From the sequence record OR413585.1: 64,000 bases of DNA. The stretch is one strand, 5' to 3'. This document shows, piece after piece, positions 9,761-18,859 of the stretch. The stretch's first letter is position 1. The number at the start of each line of letters is the position of its first letter. The translations under genes and the position numbers were made by a program. The notes below the pieces were generated by a model. That model was not told the DNA's origin, made no database searches, and saw nothing but the letters and a program-made list of their open reading frames with translations.

Positions 9761-10308
9761 AACTCTCTATTATCGTCGCGATGGACCGCAACAACGCCAT
9801 CGGTAAAAACAATGAACTGCCGTGGCGTCTGCCTGCCGACCTGGCTAACTTTAAGGCAATTACCACAGGGAAGAACGTTATCATGGGTAGTAAGACCTGG
9901 GAATCGTTAGGTTGTCGTCCTTTGCCTAACCGCGGTAACTTAATTGTTACTCGTAACCCAGAAGGGTACATCAATGGCCGGGAAGAACACACCGACATGC
10001 GTTTGGTGACGTTTCACACGAGTATTGATTTAGCCATCAAAGCTCTGGAACGTATCGAGAAAGATACCGGAAAAGAGCAAGAGGTGATGATTATTGGCGG
10101 CGCATCAGTTTATCAACAAACCCTCGCTCGTGCGGATCGTATTTATCTATCGCGTATTGACATTGCTGTTGAAGGTGCAGATGCATTCTTCCCAGAAATC
10201 GACAGAGATGTTTTTCAAGTCGACTACACCATGACCCATTTACCCGACGGCCAGAAACACACGCACCGTTGGACGTATCAAATTTTAAATCGTATCGCTG
10301 GAGATTAA
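9757..10308 (+). CDS. folA: Dihydrofolate reductase
   Basis: IIVAMDRNNAIGKNNELPWRLPADLANFKAITTGK...MGSKTWES...PLPNRGN...IIGGASVY...DAFFP: canonical DHFR motifs. Confidence 0.97.
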   Translation: MKLSIIVAMDRNNAIGKNNELPWRLPADLANFKAITTGKNVIMGSKTWESLGCRPLPNRGNLIVTRNPEGYINGREEHTDMRLVTFHTSIDLAIKALERIEKDTGKEQEVMIIGGASVYQQTLARADRIYLSRIDIAVEGADAFFPEIDRDVFQVDYTMTHLPDGQKHTHRWTYQILNRIAGD

Positions 10309-10309
10309 A

Positions 10310-10639
10310 GTGGAAAAGAAATCTGTTAAAGGTTACGTGATGGAAGTAACCCCAAATGCGGCTGAACTGGCGAGAGAGTATACCGGGTGTATCGTGCCAC
10401 TGACCTCAATCGTGGCGTGCGAGGGTTCCTTCTATCTTATCTTCGGCAGTAATGAGCCGGTCTATGCGTACATCGATGACCCTGATCAATTTACGGCCCT
10501 CTCTATCGCGATGGGTAAAATGCTATCAGACAAGATGATTGAATTCGTTGTCGGGCAAACGATGGACATTATCCGCAATCCGGTTGGACACAGCGGAATA
10601 AAATGTAAGAAGTGGCAGCTGGCTTGGCTGGCCCACTAA
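10310..10639 (+). CDS. Hypothetical protein
   Basis: 109 aa, GGAG SD, GTG start, followed by a terminator. Confidence 0.65.
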   Translation: MEKKSVKGYVMEVTPNAAELAREYTGCIVPLTSIVACEGSFYLIFGSNEPVYAYIDDPDQFTALSIAMGKMLSDKMIEFVVGQTMDIIRNPVGHSGIKCKKWQLAWLAH

Positions 10640-10645
10640 AACACG

Positions 10646-10675
10646 AAGGGAGTTTCGGCTCCCTTTCTTTTTTTT
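10646..10675 (+). terminator. Intrinsic terminator
   Basis: aagggag-tttcgg-ctccctt plus T-tract. Confidence 0.8.
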
Positions 10676-10716
10676 GCGTTTTAGGCCAGTGATATGACTA
10701 CAACGAGGGACAGCTA

Positions 10717-12219
10717 ATGCAACAGTATTTTGAAATTCCATCGTTGGACAAGACCATGCGCAAAGCTGTGGTCGACGGCGTCGTAGAACGTGTGCTAAAC
10801 GAATCTGGTATTGAACGTGCCAGTGTTGTTTTTACGGATAGCTTCAACACCGCCCATCAGCCAGGCTCTACGCTCGGCGATGAGACACCGGTGGACTATT
10901 CAGCACCGAACCGTGTCTACGTCGAAGTGGAAGAAGAACGTGATGAACGTGCACGCATTAACCGTCAAGTTGGGTTAGCGGCAGAGATTCCATTCTTCCA
11001 TAACCCCGAAGACCAAGTACGCGCTGCTCCTGTCCGCGTAATGTATAACGTGACCATCACGCTCCGGCGTGTCGGCCCATCGCGCGACGAATTGTTACGT
11101 TGGGCGAACCGCCTGGATTCACTTATCGACATGGGTCGCTATTCGACCATGACGGAATCCGAAGCGTATTACTTGATTCCAAAACCTGCGCTTAAGCTAT
11201 TGAACGAATGCTATATTGCCGCAGGGACCCGTGTGCCGAAATACGATGACTTTAAAGCCTATCTAAAGGCACATTTCACACCCGACGTTTTCACCACAGG
11301 CAATGTCGCCGGTGGCCAGAATGTCTTAGCGGTGCGTTATGCACCAACCCGTATCGAGACGGTTTACGATGTTATCTCTCCTACCTGGGATAACGACGAA
11401 AACCATTACGAGACCAGCTTCGTTATACGCTTCTCGTATCAGCGACCCGAAGAGGTGGTGATTACCTACCCGTACATCATCAACCAGACACCGTTGCCTG
11501 ATGAATGGTGGCCTGAGATAGACCCACCGTTTGTGAGTAATGAAGAGGGTGTGCAACGTCACCAACAGCAAAAGAACCTCGACGGCACTTGGTGGATTAA
11601 TGAATCTCGCCAGTTCTTACGCCTACCGTATCTGCTGTCACCGACAGAACAGTTCGAACGTACACACTCGCCGCTAAAAGCAAAGCTTCTGCATGTGTTC
11701 GGCACCGATGTAGCCTTCGGTGAAGAAAACATGATCGACCCTGAGGTTTGTAGTATCGATGATTTACCGTATGTCTGGAATGCCGACGTGGTTCCTTATA
11801 TCGAGCACTGTCGCACGATAGACCCGACAGGTCAGACGGGCATTATCCGTATGGAATTGTTCGAGAATGGTCAAATCATTGAACCACGTTTCTACCATTG
11901 GGAAAACGGCGTCTTCTCGCTACGTAACCGTGAAGTTCATGTCGAGAAAGCGTACTACTTAACAGAGTCGGCAATACACGACTGGCGTAATATGGACTTA
12001 TGGCCACTGCATCTTTATCCAAAAGCGGCAAAAGTGCTTATTGAGTGGTTATTCCCAGATTGGGATTGCCCGGATTGGTGGTGGGATAAACCTGTGTTAC
12101 CACCAAGTGTGATTGATGAAATCACGAAGTTCTATCGCCGTGTCCTGTTGACGCAATTTAATACCACGATTATAGCCATCAGAGGAGCCGATAATGCTCA
12201 AGGCGAACAAGAGGGGTGA
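10717..12219 (+). CDS. Conserved phiKZ-family virion (neck/tail) protein
   Basis: 500 aa, GAGGG SD, TATG element at 10693; SPN3US gp61 position. Confidence 0.65.
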   Translation: MQQYFEIPSLDKTMRKAVVDGVVERVLNESGIERASVVFTDSFNTAHQPGSTLGDETPVDYSAPNRVYVEVEEERDERARINRQVGLAAEIPFFHNPEDQVRAAPVRVMYNVTITLRRVGPSRDELLRWANRLDSLIDMGRYSTMTESEAYYLIPKPALKLLNECYIAAGTRVPKYDDFKAYLKAHFTPDVFTTGNVAGGQNVLAVRYAPTRIETVYDVISPTWDNDENHYETSFVIRFSYQRPEEVVITYPYIINQTPLPDEWWPEIDPPFVSNEEGVQRHQQQKNLDGTWWINESRQFLRLPYLLSPTEQFERTHSPLKAKLLHVFGTDVAFGEENMIDPEVCSIDDLPYVWNADVVPYIEHCRTIDPTGQTGIIRMELFENGQIIEPRFYHWENGVFSLRNREVHVEKAYYLTESAIHDWRNMDLWPLHLYPKAAKVLIEWLFPDWDCPDWWWDKPVLPPSVIDEITKFYRRVLLTQFNTTIIAIRGADNAQGEQEG

Positions 12220-13549
12220 TACTAAATTCGTTCCTGTTGAACCTGAGATTCCGATTATCAATAAACCGCAGGACGGGGTAAAAGAAGCCAGCAACTTGGT
12301 AACGATTCCAACCCGCACCACGGTAACGGACTTCGACAGGATTCCGAAACAGTATCTCCTGCAATACAACGAAGGTTCTGAATGGCCGGTTGATTTTTAT
12401 CACGCGTTGTCGGGTCGCAACGATCCGAAGACGATGTTCGATACTCAGAATGACAGCCCTACGCAACAGCTGCTTAAGATTGTTAATCTGTCATTACGTG
12501 TTAACGCACCGCTCGACCGTACGCAGGACGAACAACGTAAGACTTTCGAACTGACCGGGACGTCGACCCTGGTAGCATCGATTACACCGAACGAGGGTGA
12601 CTTCTTTGTTGCGCCGATAGGCGACCATCGCCACGGTCTGTTTAACATCACTGCCGTTACCCGAATGTCGAACAACAAAATTGCAACGTACCAGATACGT
12701 TACACGATGTTGTACGAGATTACACCGCAGATTGCAGAGACGATTCGTCTGTGCACTGTGAGAACGCTCCATTACGTCCGTGAGCGCGCGTGGACCGGTG
12801 GTGATACCTTACTGACCCCCAACGAGTATCGTACGTTCCTGGAGCTGGGAGACCGCATTAAGGACATTGAGACGACGTTTGTTCGCCGTTTCTACGATAC
12901 CAGTTTAGAAACCCTTGCTTATCCACGCGACTGGAAACTCGACGGGTTAAAGGCAGGTGGCTACTACGACGTCTTCTTGGCGATGTTTGTGAAGGCTATC
13001 GGCCTTCGAACCGTTGGTAAAGATATCCGTATTTACCCACACCCGCCGAAACCTGTGCAAGATATCGAAACGCTGTTCACGGTGTTGTTAAATCAACAGC
13101 CAGGACTACTACCGTACGTCGAGAAAGAATGCAGCGCAGTTAACCCGCGCACTTTCAGAACGATGCAGACCCGCAACACCATCGCGTGGTCACAGTTCAG
13201 TTCAACGCGCTTCTTTACATCACAGATTCGTCAGTTGGCAACGTACGATGGGGAGTGGCCAGAGTTCGAAGCATTCGAACCGGTTATGTTCCCTGAGTAT
13301 CAGGGCAACGCAGGCGAGGATATGGTGGCTTTTCTGCCGTTGACGTATAAACCCTACCTGTTAAGCGAAACGTTCTATAGCGGCTCGTACAGCTCGGTTC
13401 TGGAGCATTGTTTGTACCTGTATCTGAACAAACAACCGGTACCTAGTGAAGTGGCTGCGCGTTTAGCAGAATTGGTGCTGGCTTTACCGAAGGACAGTCA
13501 GTTCTATTACGTCCCGATGGTCTACGTGATTTTGAAATACGCGAGGTAG
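12194..13549 (+). CDS. Conserved phiKZ-family virion (neck/tail) protein
   Basis: 451 aa; PNEGDFFVA motif reminiscent of head-closure/neck proteins; synteny. Confidence 0.65.
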   Translation: MLKANKRGDTKFVPVEPEIPIINKPQDGVKEASNLVTIPTRTTVTDFDRIPKQYLLQYNEGSEWPVDFYHALSGRNDPKTMFDTQNDSPTQQLLKIVNLSLRVNAPLDRTQDEQRKTFELTGTSTLVASITPNEGDFFVAPIGDHRHGLFNITAVTRMSNNKIATYQIRYTMLYEITPQIAETIRLCTVRTLHYVRERAWTGGDTLLTPNEYRTFLELGDRIKDIETTFVRRFYDTSLETLAYPRDWKLDGLKAGGYYDVFLAMFVKAIGLRTVGKDIRIYPHPPKPVQDIETLFTVLLNQQPGLLPYVEKECSAVNPRTFRTMQTRNTIAWSQFSSTRFFTSQIRQLATYDGEWPEFEAFEPVMFPEYQGNAGEDMVAFLPLTYKPYLLSETFYSGSYSSVLEHCLYLYLNKQPVPSEVAARLAELVLALPKDSQFYYVPMVYVILKYAR

Positions 13550-13551
13550 TA

Positions 13552-14091
13552 ATGTCGGAGAAGAAGCACAGTGCAGCATTTATGCTGTTTAAAGCGTGGG
13601 TGTTCTTCCGGGTACCGGAATACGCAACCATCACAACCTACGCCAGTCAGGAACACGGATTGTTCTTGCCAGAAGACCCGAAGAAACGACAAGCGTTGTT
13701 ACTGAACATGAAGCCTATCTATCTGCACCCCTCAGAAGCTGCTGAGTATTTAGCGACCGGTGGTGCGTTAGATGTACACGACCCGCATGACGGGATTAAA
13801 GTGTACGGGTGGATTATGGAACACCTTGCGGACTGGCTGAACTATCTGGAGAACCCGACGCTGATTTACCGGGAAGTCCCTATCGAAGGGTTGCGTCAGT
13901 TCAATGTGCTGGCTTCGAAACTGTTTCCTGTGGCTAACCGCTACGGGTATTTCAAGAAACCCACGGCAACGATGGCGGACTGTGTTCAGTCGTTATTTGG
14001 GCAGGTCCGCCTGGAGTCTAAACTCCACCGTTTTAATGATACGATTATGAAACGTATTGAGTACGCTTATAGAGCCCGAGGAGGTCGCTAA
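13552..14091 (+). CDS. Conserved hypothetical protein (phiKZ-family core)
   Basis: 179 aa, TAATG-coupled to the next gene. Confidence 0.7.
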   Translation: MSEKKHSAAFMLFKAWVFFRVPEYATITTYASQEHGLFLPEDPKKRQALLLNMKPIYLHPSEAAEYLATGGALDVHDPHDGIKVYGWIMEHLADWLNYLENPTLIYREVPIEGLRQFNVLASKLFPVANRYGYFKKPTATMADCVQSLFGQVRLESKLHRFNDTIMKRIEYAYRARGGR

Positions 14092-15404
14092 TGTCGTTTG
14101 GTCGGTTACAACAGATGGCGAACGGTCACATCGCTAATGCTCGGGGGTTACCGGCTATCGACTACGGGATATTCCTCACGGTACACGGTGCCCCAGTGAC
14201 GGTGTTGAAGATGCTGTCTATCATTCACACCGGTCACTTTACGCGTGATATCTGTTTATTGACACATCTCACCTTGGCTATACCCTACAGCCACATGCGA
14301 ATGATCACGTCGTCCGCAGAAGGGGATTTGAAGGTAAAGCTGTTATTGCGTCGTGGACAGAAAATCGCGGGGGTCTTTAACTACCGCGGCATCGTGATAA
14401 ATAACCGCGACCACAACGCGGAAACACCGACGATGTTCTTGAGTCAGTCTGATGAGAAATCTATCGCTTTGGTAACATTGGAGCTGATGGATGAGTCGAT
14501 GTGGTTCCTGCGTAATCGTCAAGTGGGCGGCATCTACCACGAAACAGATGGGTTAACAGTGGCACGCTCGATACTGGCGGATACGTTGCCGGAAGGGGTG
14601 GCTGCAGAGGGGCAGTTGAAAGGGATTGAATACGACGAGGAAGAACAGCAGGCATATCGGGACATTGTCATACCCGACTCCGAAGACTTCTTAAGCGTGT
14701 TTGATTATCTGCAGAACCATTACGGTGTTTACAGCAAAGGTATTGGGGTCTTCCAATACCTACAACGTTGGTATCTGTATCGACCTTGGGACTCGTTGAA
14801 GTTTAATAACACAACTAAGCCTAAACTGGTCATCTATAATCTGCCTCGTGAACAGGCTGCTCACATTGACCGCACCACCGATATTGCGGGTAATGTTATC
14901 TATCTGATTTGTGGCGGCGACACCAGTAGTTTGGAATACCGTGACCAGGCCGCGCTTAACCAGGGTACGGGTTACCGGGTAGGGTCTGTACGTGTGTTGG
15001 ATGGGCGTAGTAGTTCATTTACGCCTGGCGACATCAGTATGACCACACCTGATAAATTTGTGGCACAGGCTGACCCTGCTGCGTATCCAGGTGGTGTGGT
15101 TAACGCACCAATCGATCCTGATAAGCACTTTAGCGATACCGATAAACCACAGCGGTCTAAACTGGAGATGAGTCTGGGTACGATTGTGCAAACAACCTGG
15201 AACCGTTCAACGCACGGCATCCTATATCCCGGTATGCCGGTAAAATACGTTTTTGCCAACGAGTATGGGGTCTATACCCGCTACGGCACGTTGGTGGGTG
15301 AAGTGTTCCAGTCTGCTGTCGACGGTCAAACGATGGCATCAGGACGCTATAACACCCAATCACAACTGAGTCTTTGGCTCAAAGATGAAAAATTTACAGC
15401 TTAG
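14091..15404 (+). CDS. Virion tail-associated protein (baseplate hub/neck-like)
   Basis: 437 aa; phiKZ-family synteny (SPN3US gp64 position). Confidence 0.6.
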   Translation: MSFGRLQQMANGHIANARGLPAIDYGIFLTVHGAPVTVLKMLSIIHTGHFTRDICLLTHLTLAIPYSHMRMITSSAEGDLKVKLLLRRGQKIAGVFNYRGIVINNRDHNAETPTMFLSQSDEKSIALVTLELMDESMWFLRNRQVGGIYHETDGLTVARSILADTLPEGVAAEGQLKGIEYDEEEQQAYRDIVIPDSEDFLSVFDYLQNHYGVYSKGIGVFQYLQRWYLYRPWDSLKFNNTTKPKLVIYNLPREQAAHIDRTTDIAGNVIYLICGGDTSSLEYRDQAALNQGTGYRVGSVRVLDGRSSSFTPGDISMTTPDKFVAQADPAAYPGGVVNAPIDPDKHFSDTDKPQRSKLEMSLGTIVQTTWNRSTHGILYPGMPVKYVFANEYGVYTRYGTLVGEVFQSAVDGQTMASGRYNTQSQLSLWLKDEKFTA

Positions 15405-15447
15405 TCATCTAGTATGACCCGTAAGTAACCTTAAGGAAAATATTGCA

Positions 15448-16245
15448 ATGAAAGCGATTCACACCTTTCGCATGACCGGCCAAACTGTTCTCGACATTGA
15501 TGCGTACGAAGCCGCTAACTTCACCAAACCGACCAAGCTCTGGGATCGCCTGGTTAAGGTACTGCCGCAAAGCGGTGAGGTGCAGTTGGATTTTGTCATG
15601 GCATCGACGTTGGATAAGACAGTGGCAGTTATTTATACTGCTGACGGTGTGCAGAGTAAGAAGGACCTGGCAATCGAAGATAAAGGCGGGCTGGGTTATC
15701 ACTTGTTCCTGCACTGCGTAACCACTGCACCGATTTCAGCTGCGCTGGCGGGACAGTACGGTTTCGCGAATGCGTATTTCCTGGCACAGAAACTCGCCGT
15801 GAATGTTATTCCGGGTGACGTGACCACTTACCCTGAATACGTACAGCGTATCCTGCCAGAGCACTTCGCTGCAGACGACTACGATTTCAACGTGTTCCGT
15901 TTCGCATTGATCGGCGAATCGCGCGATCCAGAATACACCGTTGGCTTGCGTGCCTGTCTGCGTCACTCCGTTATCTCTTCGGATGAAGGGATGTCGAATA
16001 ACGTGAACGAAGTGTTCCCGATGATGCAAGTCGGTCCGTATATCACTTTCAACTCGTACATTCCGTTCCCGGCACAGATTCTGCCGCCGCAGAACGATAA
16101 CAGTGTACTGCCAATCGCCGACAAGTATTCACTGCGTGCGAGCGAAGCAGTTGAAGTGATTAACGATCGTCGCTTTACATTGTCAGTGACCAGCGGCATC
16201 AGTGAACCGGAAGTTGCGGTCTCTCAGAGCCTGGATTTGATGTAA
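15448..16245 (+). CDS. Conserved hypothetical protein
   Basis: 265 aa, AAGGA SD, TTAC-N15-TATG at 15394-15416, followed by a terminator. Confidence 0.75.
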   Translation: MKAIHTFRMTGQTVLDIDAYEAANFTKPTKLWDRLVKVLPQSGEVQLDFVMASTLDKTVAVIYTADGVQSKKDLAIEDKGGLGYHLFLHCVTTAPISAALAGQYGFANAYFLAQKLAVNVIPGDVTTYPEYVQRILPEHFAADDYDFNVFRFALIGESRDPEYTVGLRACLRHSVISSDEGMSNNVNEVFPMMQVGPYITFNSYIPFPAQILPPQNDNSVLPIADKYSLRASEAVEVINDRRFTLSVTSGISEPEVAVSQSLDLM

Positions 16246-16252
16246 AAGTGTG

Positions 16253-16287
16253 CCTGGTCTCCTTGTGAGACCAGGTCTCTTTATTTT
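16253..16287 (+). terminator. Intrinsic terminator
   Basis: cctggtctc-cttgt-gagaccagg plus a T-rich tail. Confidence 0.7.
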
Positions 16288-16289
16288 AG

Positions 16290-16391
16290 CCCTCTAAACG
16301 CACTCACAACCTTCTAAAGCCTCTCTAACAGTAGAACGACCCTCTAAAGTGATAAAAGCTCTCAAAACGCGTTTGAGAGCGTTATAGAGGG
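16290..16391. repeat. CTCTAAA-rich direct/inverted repeat element (structured RNA or cruciform)
   Basis: ccctctaaa at 16290 and 16340; gctctca-aaacgcgttt-gagagc near-palindrome 16358-16380; tagaggg at 16385 complementary to both ccctcta copies. Confidence 0.5.
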
Positions 16392-16411
16392 TGTACTCTG
16401 AATAAAAATAA

Positions 16412-16436
16412 TTTCAGATATATATTACCTAGGTGA
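16412..16436 (+). promoter_or_regulatory. Early promoter, class A
   Basis: tttcagatatatattacctaggtga, identical to 7909. Confidence 0.75.
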
Positions 16437-16487
16437 TAGAAGACAATCTATCAACTCAATCGACTATTAATCTAAAGGAGTATTACC

Positions 16488-16631
16488 ATGTTAACTCGTA
16501 ACCATAAACGTGCCATCTTCGCCATCGTTGCTGTTGTTGCTTTCGCGGTACTGTCTATCACTGTAACTCAAGATTACAACAAGTGCATCGATAACGGTAA
16601 CTCTGTTGCCATGTGTACAGGTCGCGGCTAA
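16488..16631 (+). CDS. 47-aa early membrane-anchored peptide (not in ORF track)
   Basis: AAGGAG SD; MLTRNHKRAIFAIVAVVAFAVLSITVTQDYNKCIDNGNSVAMCTGRG; TAATG-coupled to the next ORF. Confidence 0.8.
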   Translation: MLTRNHKRAIFAIVAVVAFAVLSITVTQDYNKCIDNGNSVAMCTGRG

Positions 16632-16813
16632 TGGACTTTTCTGATACGCAGTTTGCCGAGTTCTTATCTCACCCGCGTGTTAAACGTGAGTGGGATAATC
16701 TCACTAACGGTGTTCGTCATCAGGACGAAGAAGAAATTGTTCACGTTACCGCGCAAGTCTTACTCGTCTCACCGACAGGTAATGTGTTTCCAATGCAGCA
16801 GGAGATTTACTAA
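16631..16813 (+). CDS. Small early hypothetical protein (60 aa)
   Basis: Start ATG 16631 from the TAATG overlap (track start 16613); TAATG-coupled to the next gene. Confidence 0.7.
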   Translation: MDFSDTQFAEFLSHPRVKREWDNLTNGVRHQDEEEIVHVTAQVLLVSPTGNVFPMQQEIY

Positions 16814-17001
16814 TGGGCGTTTTAGTTAATTACGATGGTAAAAACGGAATCGTGCTTCGCGAAGTGGAAGATAACGAAACAGTAGAGGTGAATCCGCAAA
16901 CCTCAGAACGTACGTTTATCGTGGGGCCGAAAAGCGCACTACCGAAGCCGGACTGGAAAGAAGAGCTGGCGAAGTTCCGTGGGGAACTCGGGAAGAAGTA
17001 G
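16813..17001 (+). CDS. Small early hypothetical protein (62 aa)
   Basis: GGAG SD, TAATG coupling, terminator downstream. Confidence 0.7.
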   Translation: MGVLVNYDGKNGIVLREVEDNETVEVNPQTSERTFIVGPKSALPKPDWKEELAKFRGELGKK

Positions 17002-17013
17002 TATAGATAATTT

Positions 17014-17042
17014 AATACCACCTACGGGTGGTATTATTTTTT
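17014..17042 (+). terminator. Intrinsic terminator
   Basis: aataccacc-tacg-ggtggtatt plus T-tract. Confidence 0.75.
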
Positions 17043-17053
17043 GCCTAAGGAAC

Positions 17054-17476
17054 ATGAAAATGATTAATGAGAAGCTCCAAAAGTATTTAAAGAATGACAC
17101 TGACTGGATGGTTCTTGACCAGTACGGACGATTTGTTCCGCTATCCAAGGATTCCCCTATACCCCGTGACAAGGCGATTTATATTCCTGACGGTAAGGGT
17201 GGCTATCGTTTCTGGGAAGGTCAGGAAGTAAAAGAGGAAATGTTCTACATGGAACCGAAGTTCCGTGCAGCGTTCCCATCGAAAAATATTAACGGCTATG
17301 TTTACAACGCAATTCCGCCAATTACGCATCCTAACTTTGAGGTTGTGAACTACCCCGCAACTGTTCTGGATTGGCAACGTGCCATTAGTGAACACTACAC
17401 GATTCCGCTTGAAGGTGTTTACTTCCCATTCCGTGATATTAGTTTGGACGACTTTATTAACTCTCTTAAGGACTAA
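17054..17476 (+). CDS. Hypothetical protein
   Basis: ATG 17054 with AAGGA SD (track start 16979 crosses the terminator). Confidence 0.7.
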   Translation: MKMINEKLQKYLKNDTDWMVLDQYGRFVPLSKDSPIPRDKAIYIPDGKGGYRFWEGQEVKEEMFYMEPKFRAAFPSKNINGYVYNAIPPITHPNFEVVNYPATVLDWQRAISEHYTIPLEGVYFPFRDISLDDFINSLKD

Positions 17477-17479
17477 AAA

Positions 17480-18340
17480 ATGTACAGCATTACTGATTTT
17501 ATCAAAAGTTCGGATTTCCCCCTACCTCCCAACCACGAAGTATTGGCTAGCGATCCGTTAACCGATGCGGCCATTGTCCAGCTGGACCGCGACAAACGTC
17601 GTACTTATGTCGTGTTGGTCGAAGGGCAGAGCTACGGCCTGTCTTCTTACGACCTGGAGCAGCAAGAGCGTTTCCTCGATGAAAACCGCAAAACGTCAAT
17701 GTATAGCGCTATCTCGCGCGCGTTGTGCAAGGTAATGGCAACGATCACAGACAGCAAAAAGCGCATTGCCGTGCTACAGGGTATCAATGCGCTAACGACC
17801 AAAATCCAACAACTTGAAGGTTTCCATTGCCCACGATTGGAAGCCGCACAGAAGGATGCTAAGGGCGATGAGGCCATGGCACTGTTTGAAGGCAATACTG
17901 TCTTTGCAACAGCTGAAGCTTGTTATCTCACCTATCCAACTTTTAACTATACGCCAATCAGCGACACCGTAGACGGGATTAAAGTAGAGAACGTCGTGCA
18001 ATGGGGTCGCGCAAATCTCAAGTTTGTGATGTCCCATGAAGAAGAAAATCAAGACGGACTTGGGCAGAAGATTCAACGTTGGTTCACGGCGCGTTTGGAC
18101 GCCGACTGGGAAGCGCATGTTAACGCAGAGCTTCGTAAATTTCACGCGGTAGTCGCATTGTTAAAAGAAGATACTCCCGCCCAGAAACAATCGAAGGCAC
18201 CAGTGGTTGGCTGGACGTGTTCCGGCTGTAACCGCAACCATGTCGCTACAGTACCGAGAACCCATCGCTACACTTCGCAGACAATGAACATTGCTTGTCC
18301 GGCTTGCGGTAAGATCAACGAAGTTGATTATAAACCGTAG
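17480..18340 (+). CDS. Hypothetical protein with C-terminal zinc ribbon
   Basis: 286 aa; WTCSGCNR...IACPACGKIN. Confidence 0.7.
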   Translation: MYSITDFIKSSDFPLPPNHEVLASDPLTDAAIVQLDRDKRRTYVVLVEGQSYGLSSYDLEQQERFLDENRKTSMYSAISRALCKVMATITDSKKRIAVLQGINALTTKIQQLEGFHCPRLEAAQKDAKGDEAMALFEGNTVFATAEACYLTYPTFNYTPISDTVDGIKVENVVQWGRANLKFVMSHEEENQDGLGQKIQRWFTARLDADWEAHVNAELRKFHAVVALLKEDTPAQKQSKAPVVGWTCSGCNRNHVATVPRTHRYTSQTMNIACPACGKINEVDYKP

Positions 18341-18345
18341 TAGTA

Positions 18346-18385
18346 CCCCTCTTACCTTCGGGTAAGAGGGCTTTATATTTATTTT
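18346..18385 (+). terminator. Intrinsic terminator (28-nt copy identical to 45743)
   Basis: ccctcttacc-TTCG-ggtaagaggg plus a T-rich tail. Confidence 0.85.
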
Positions 18386-18387
18386 CC

Positions 18388-18427
18388 GAAAAGAAAATAA
18401 AAGGCGCTCTCTCCCGAAGGAGAGAGC
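18388..18427 (-). terminator. Minus-strand intrinsic terminator
   Basis: Minus strand reads gctctctcc-TTCG-ggagagagc then gccttttattttctttt. Confidence 0.75.
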
Positions 18428-18453
18428 TTATTCACATCCACTTAGAGGTTAAC

Positions 18454-18600
18454 ATGAATACCTTTATGCAACAATTGCGCCAGCAACAGCTGAAACAAGT
18501 CGCTTTTCAACAACGTCTGCAAGAGGTTAGCCGCCAACCGCAGACTTCCACCCGTGCCATTAAAGGACTAGGAGGTGACATCATCTTCAATAAGAAGTAA
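18454..18600 (+). CDS. 48-aa micro-protein A (paralog of 18713; not in ORF track)
   Basis: GAGG SD; MNTFMQQLRQQQLKQVAFQQRLQEVSRQPQTSTRAIKGLGGDIIFNKK; ungapped match to B with synonymous codon differences. Confidence 0.75.
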   Translation: MNTFMQQLRQQQLKQVAFQQRLQEVSRQPQTSTRAIKGLGGDIIFNKK

Positions 18601-18712
18601 CACTAACCAGGGGTGTTCGAGCACCCCTTTTAACTCCCGTGACAGTATATCAGTGCATTGTGTACCACCACAATGCAGCGATATGTTAACAGCCTGCCTA
18701 AGGAGGCACTAC

Positions 18713-18859
18713 ATGGAACAACTACGTTCACATATACTTAACCATTACGTTAAGCAAACCCAATTCAACCAACGTGTACAACAGTTGACTGCCCCCAAGC
18801 AGAACACTGTTCGTCGTATCAAGGGTTTAGGAGGTGAGATAATACTCAACAAAAGATAA
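18713..18859 (+). CDS. 48-aa micro-protein B
   Basis: AAGGAGG SD; MEQLRSHILNHYVKQTQFNQRVQQLTAPKQNTVRRIKGLGGEIILNKR. Confidence 0.8.
   Translation: MEQLRSHILNHYVKQTQFNQRVQQLTAPKQNTVRRIKGLGGEIILNKR

Noticed and set aside
18575-18712. 94-aa extended version of micro-ORF B from the ORF track
   Set aside because: The extension crosses a terminator-like hairpin and the stop of ORF A. The strong SD at 18700 and the 48-aa paralogy support ATG 18713.
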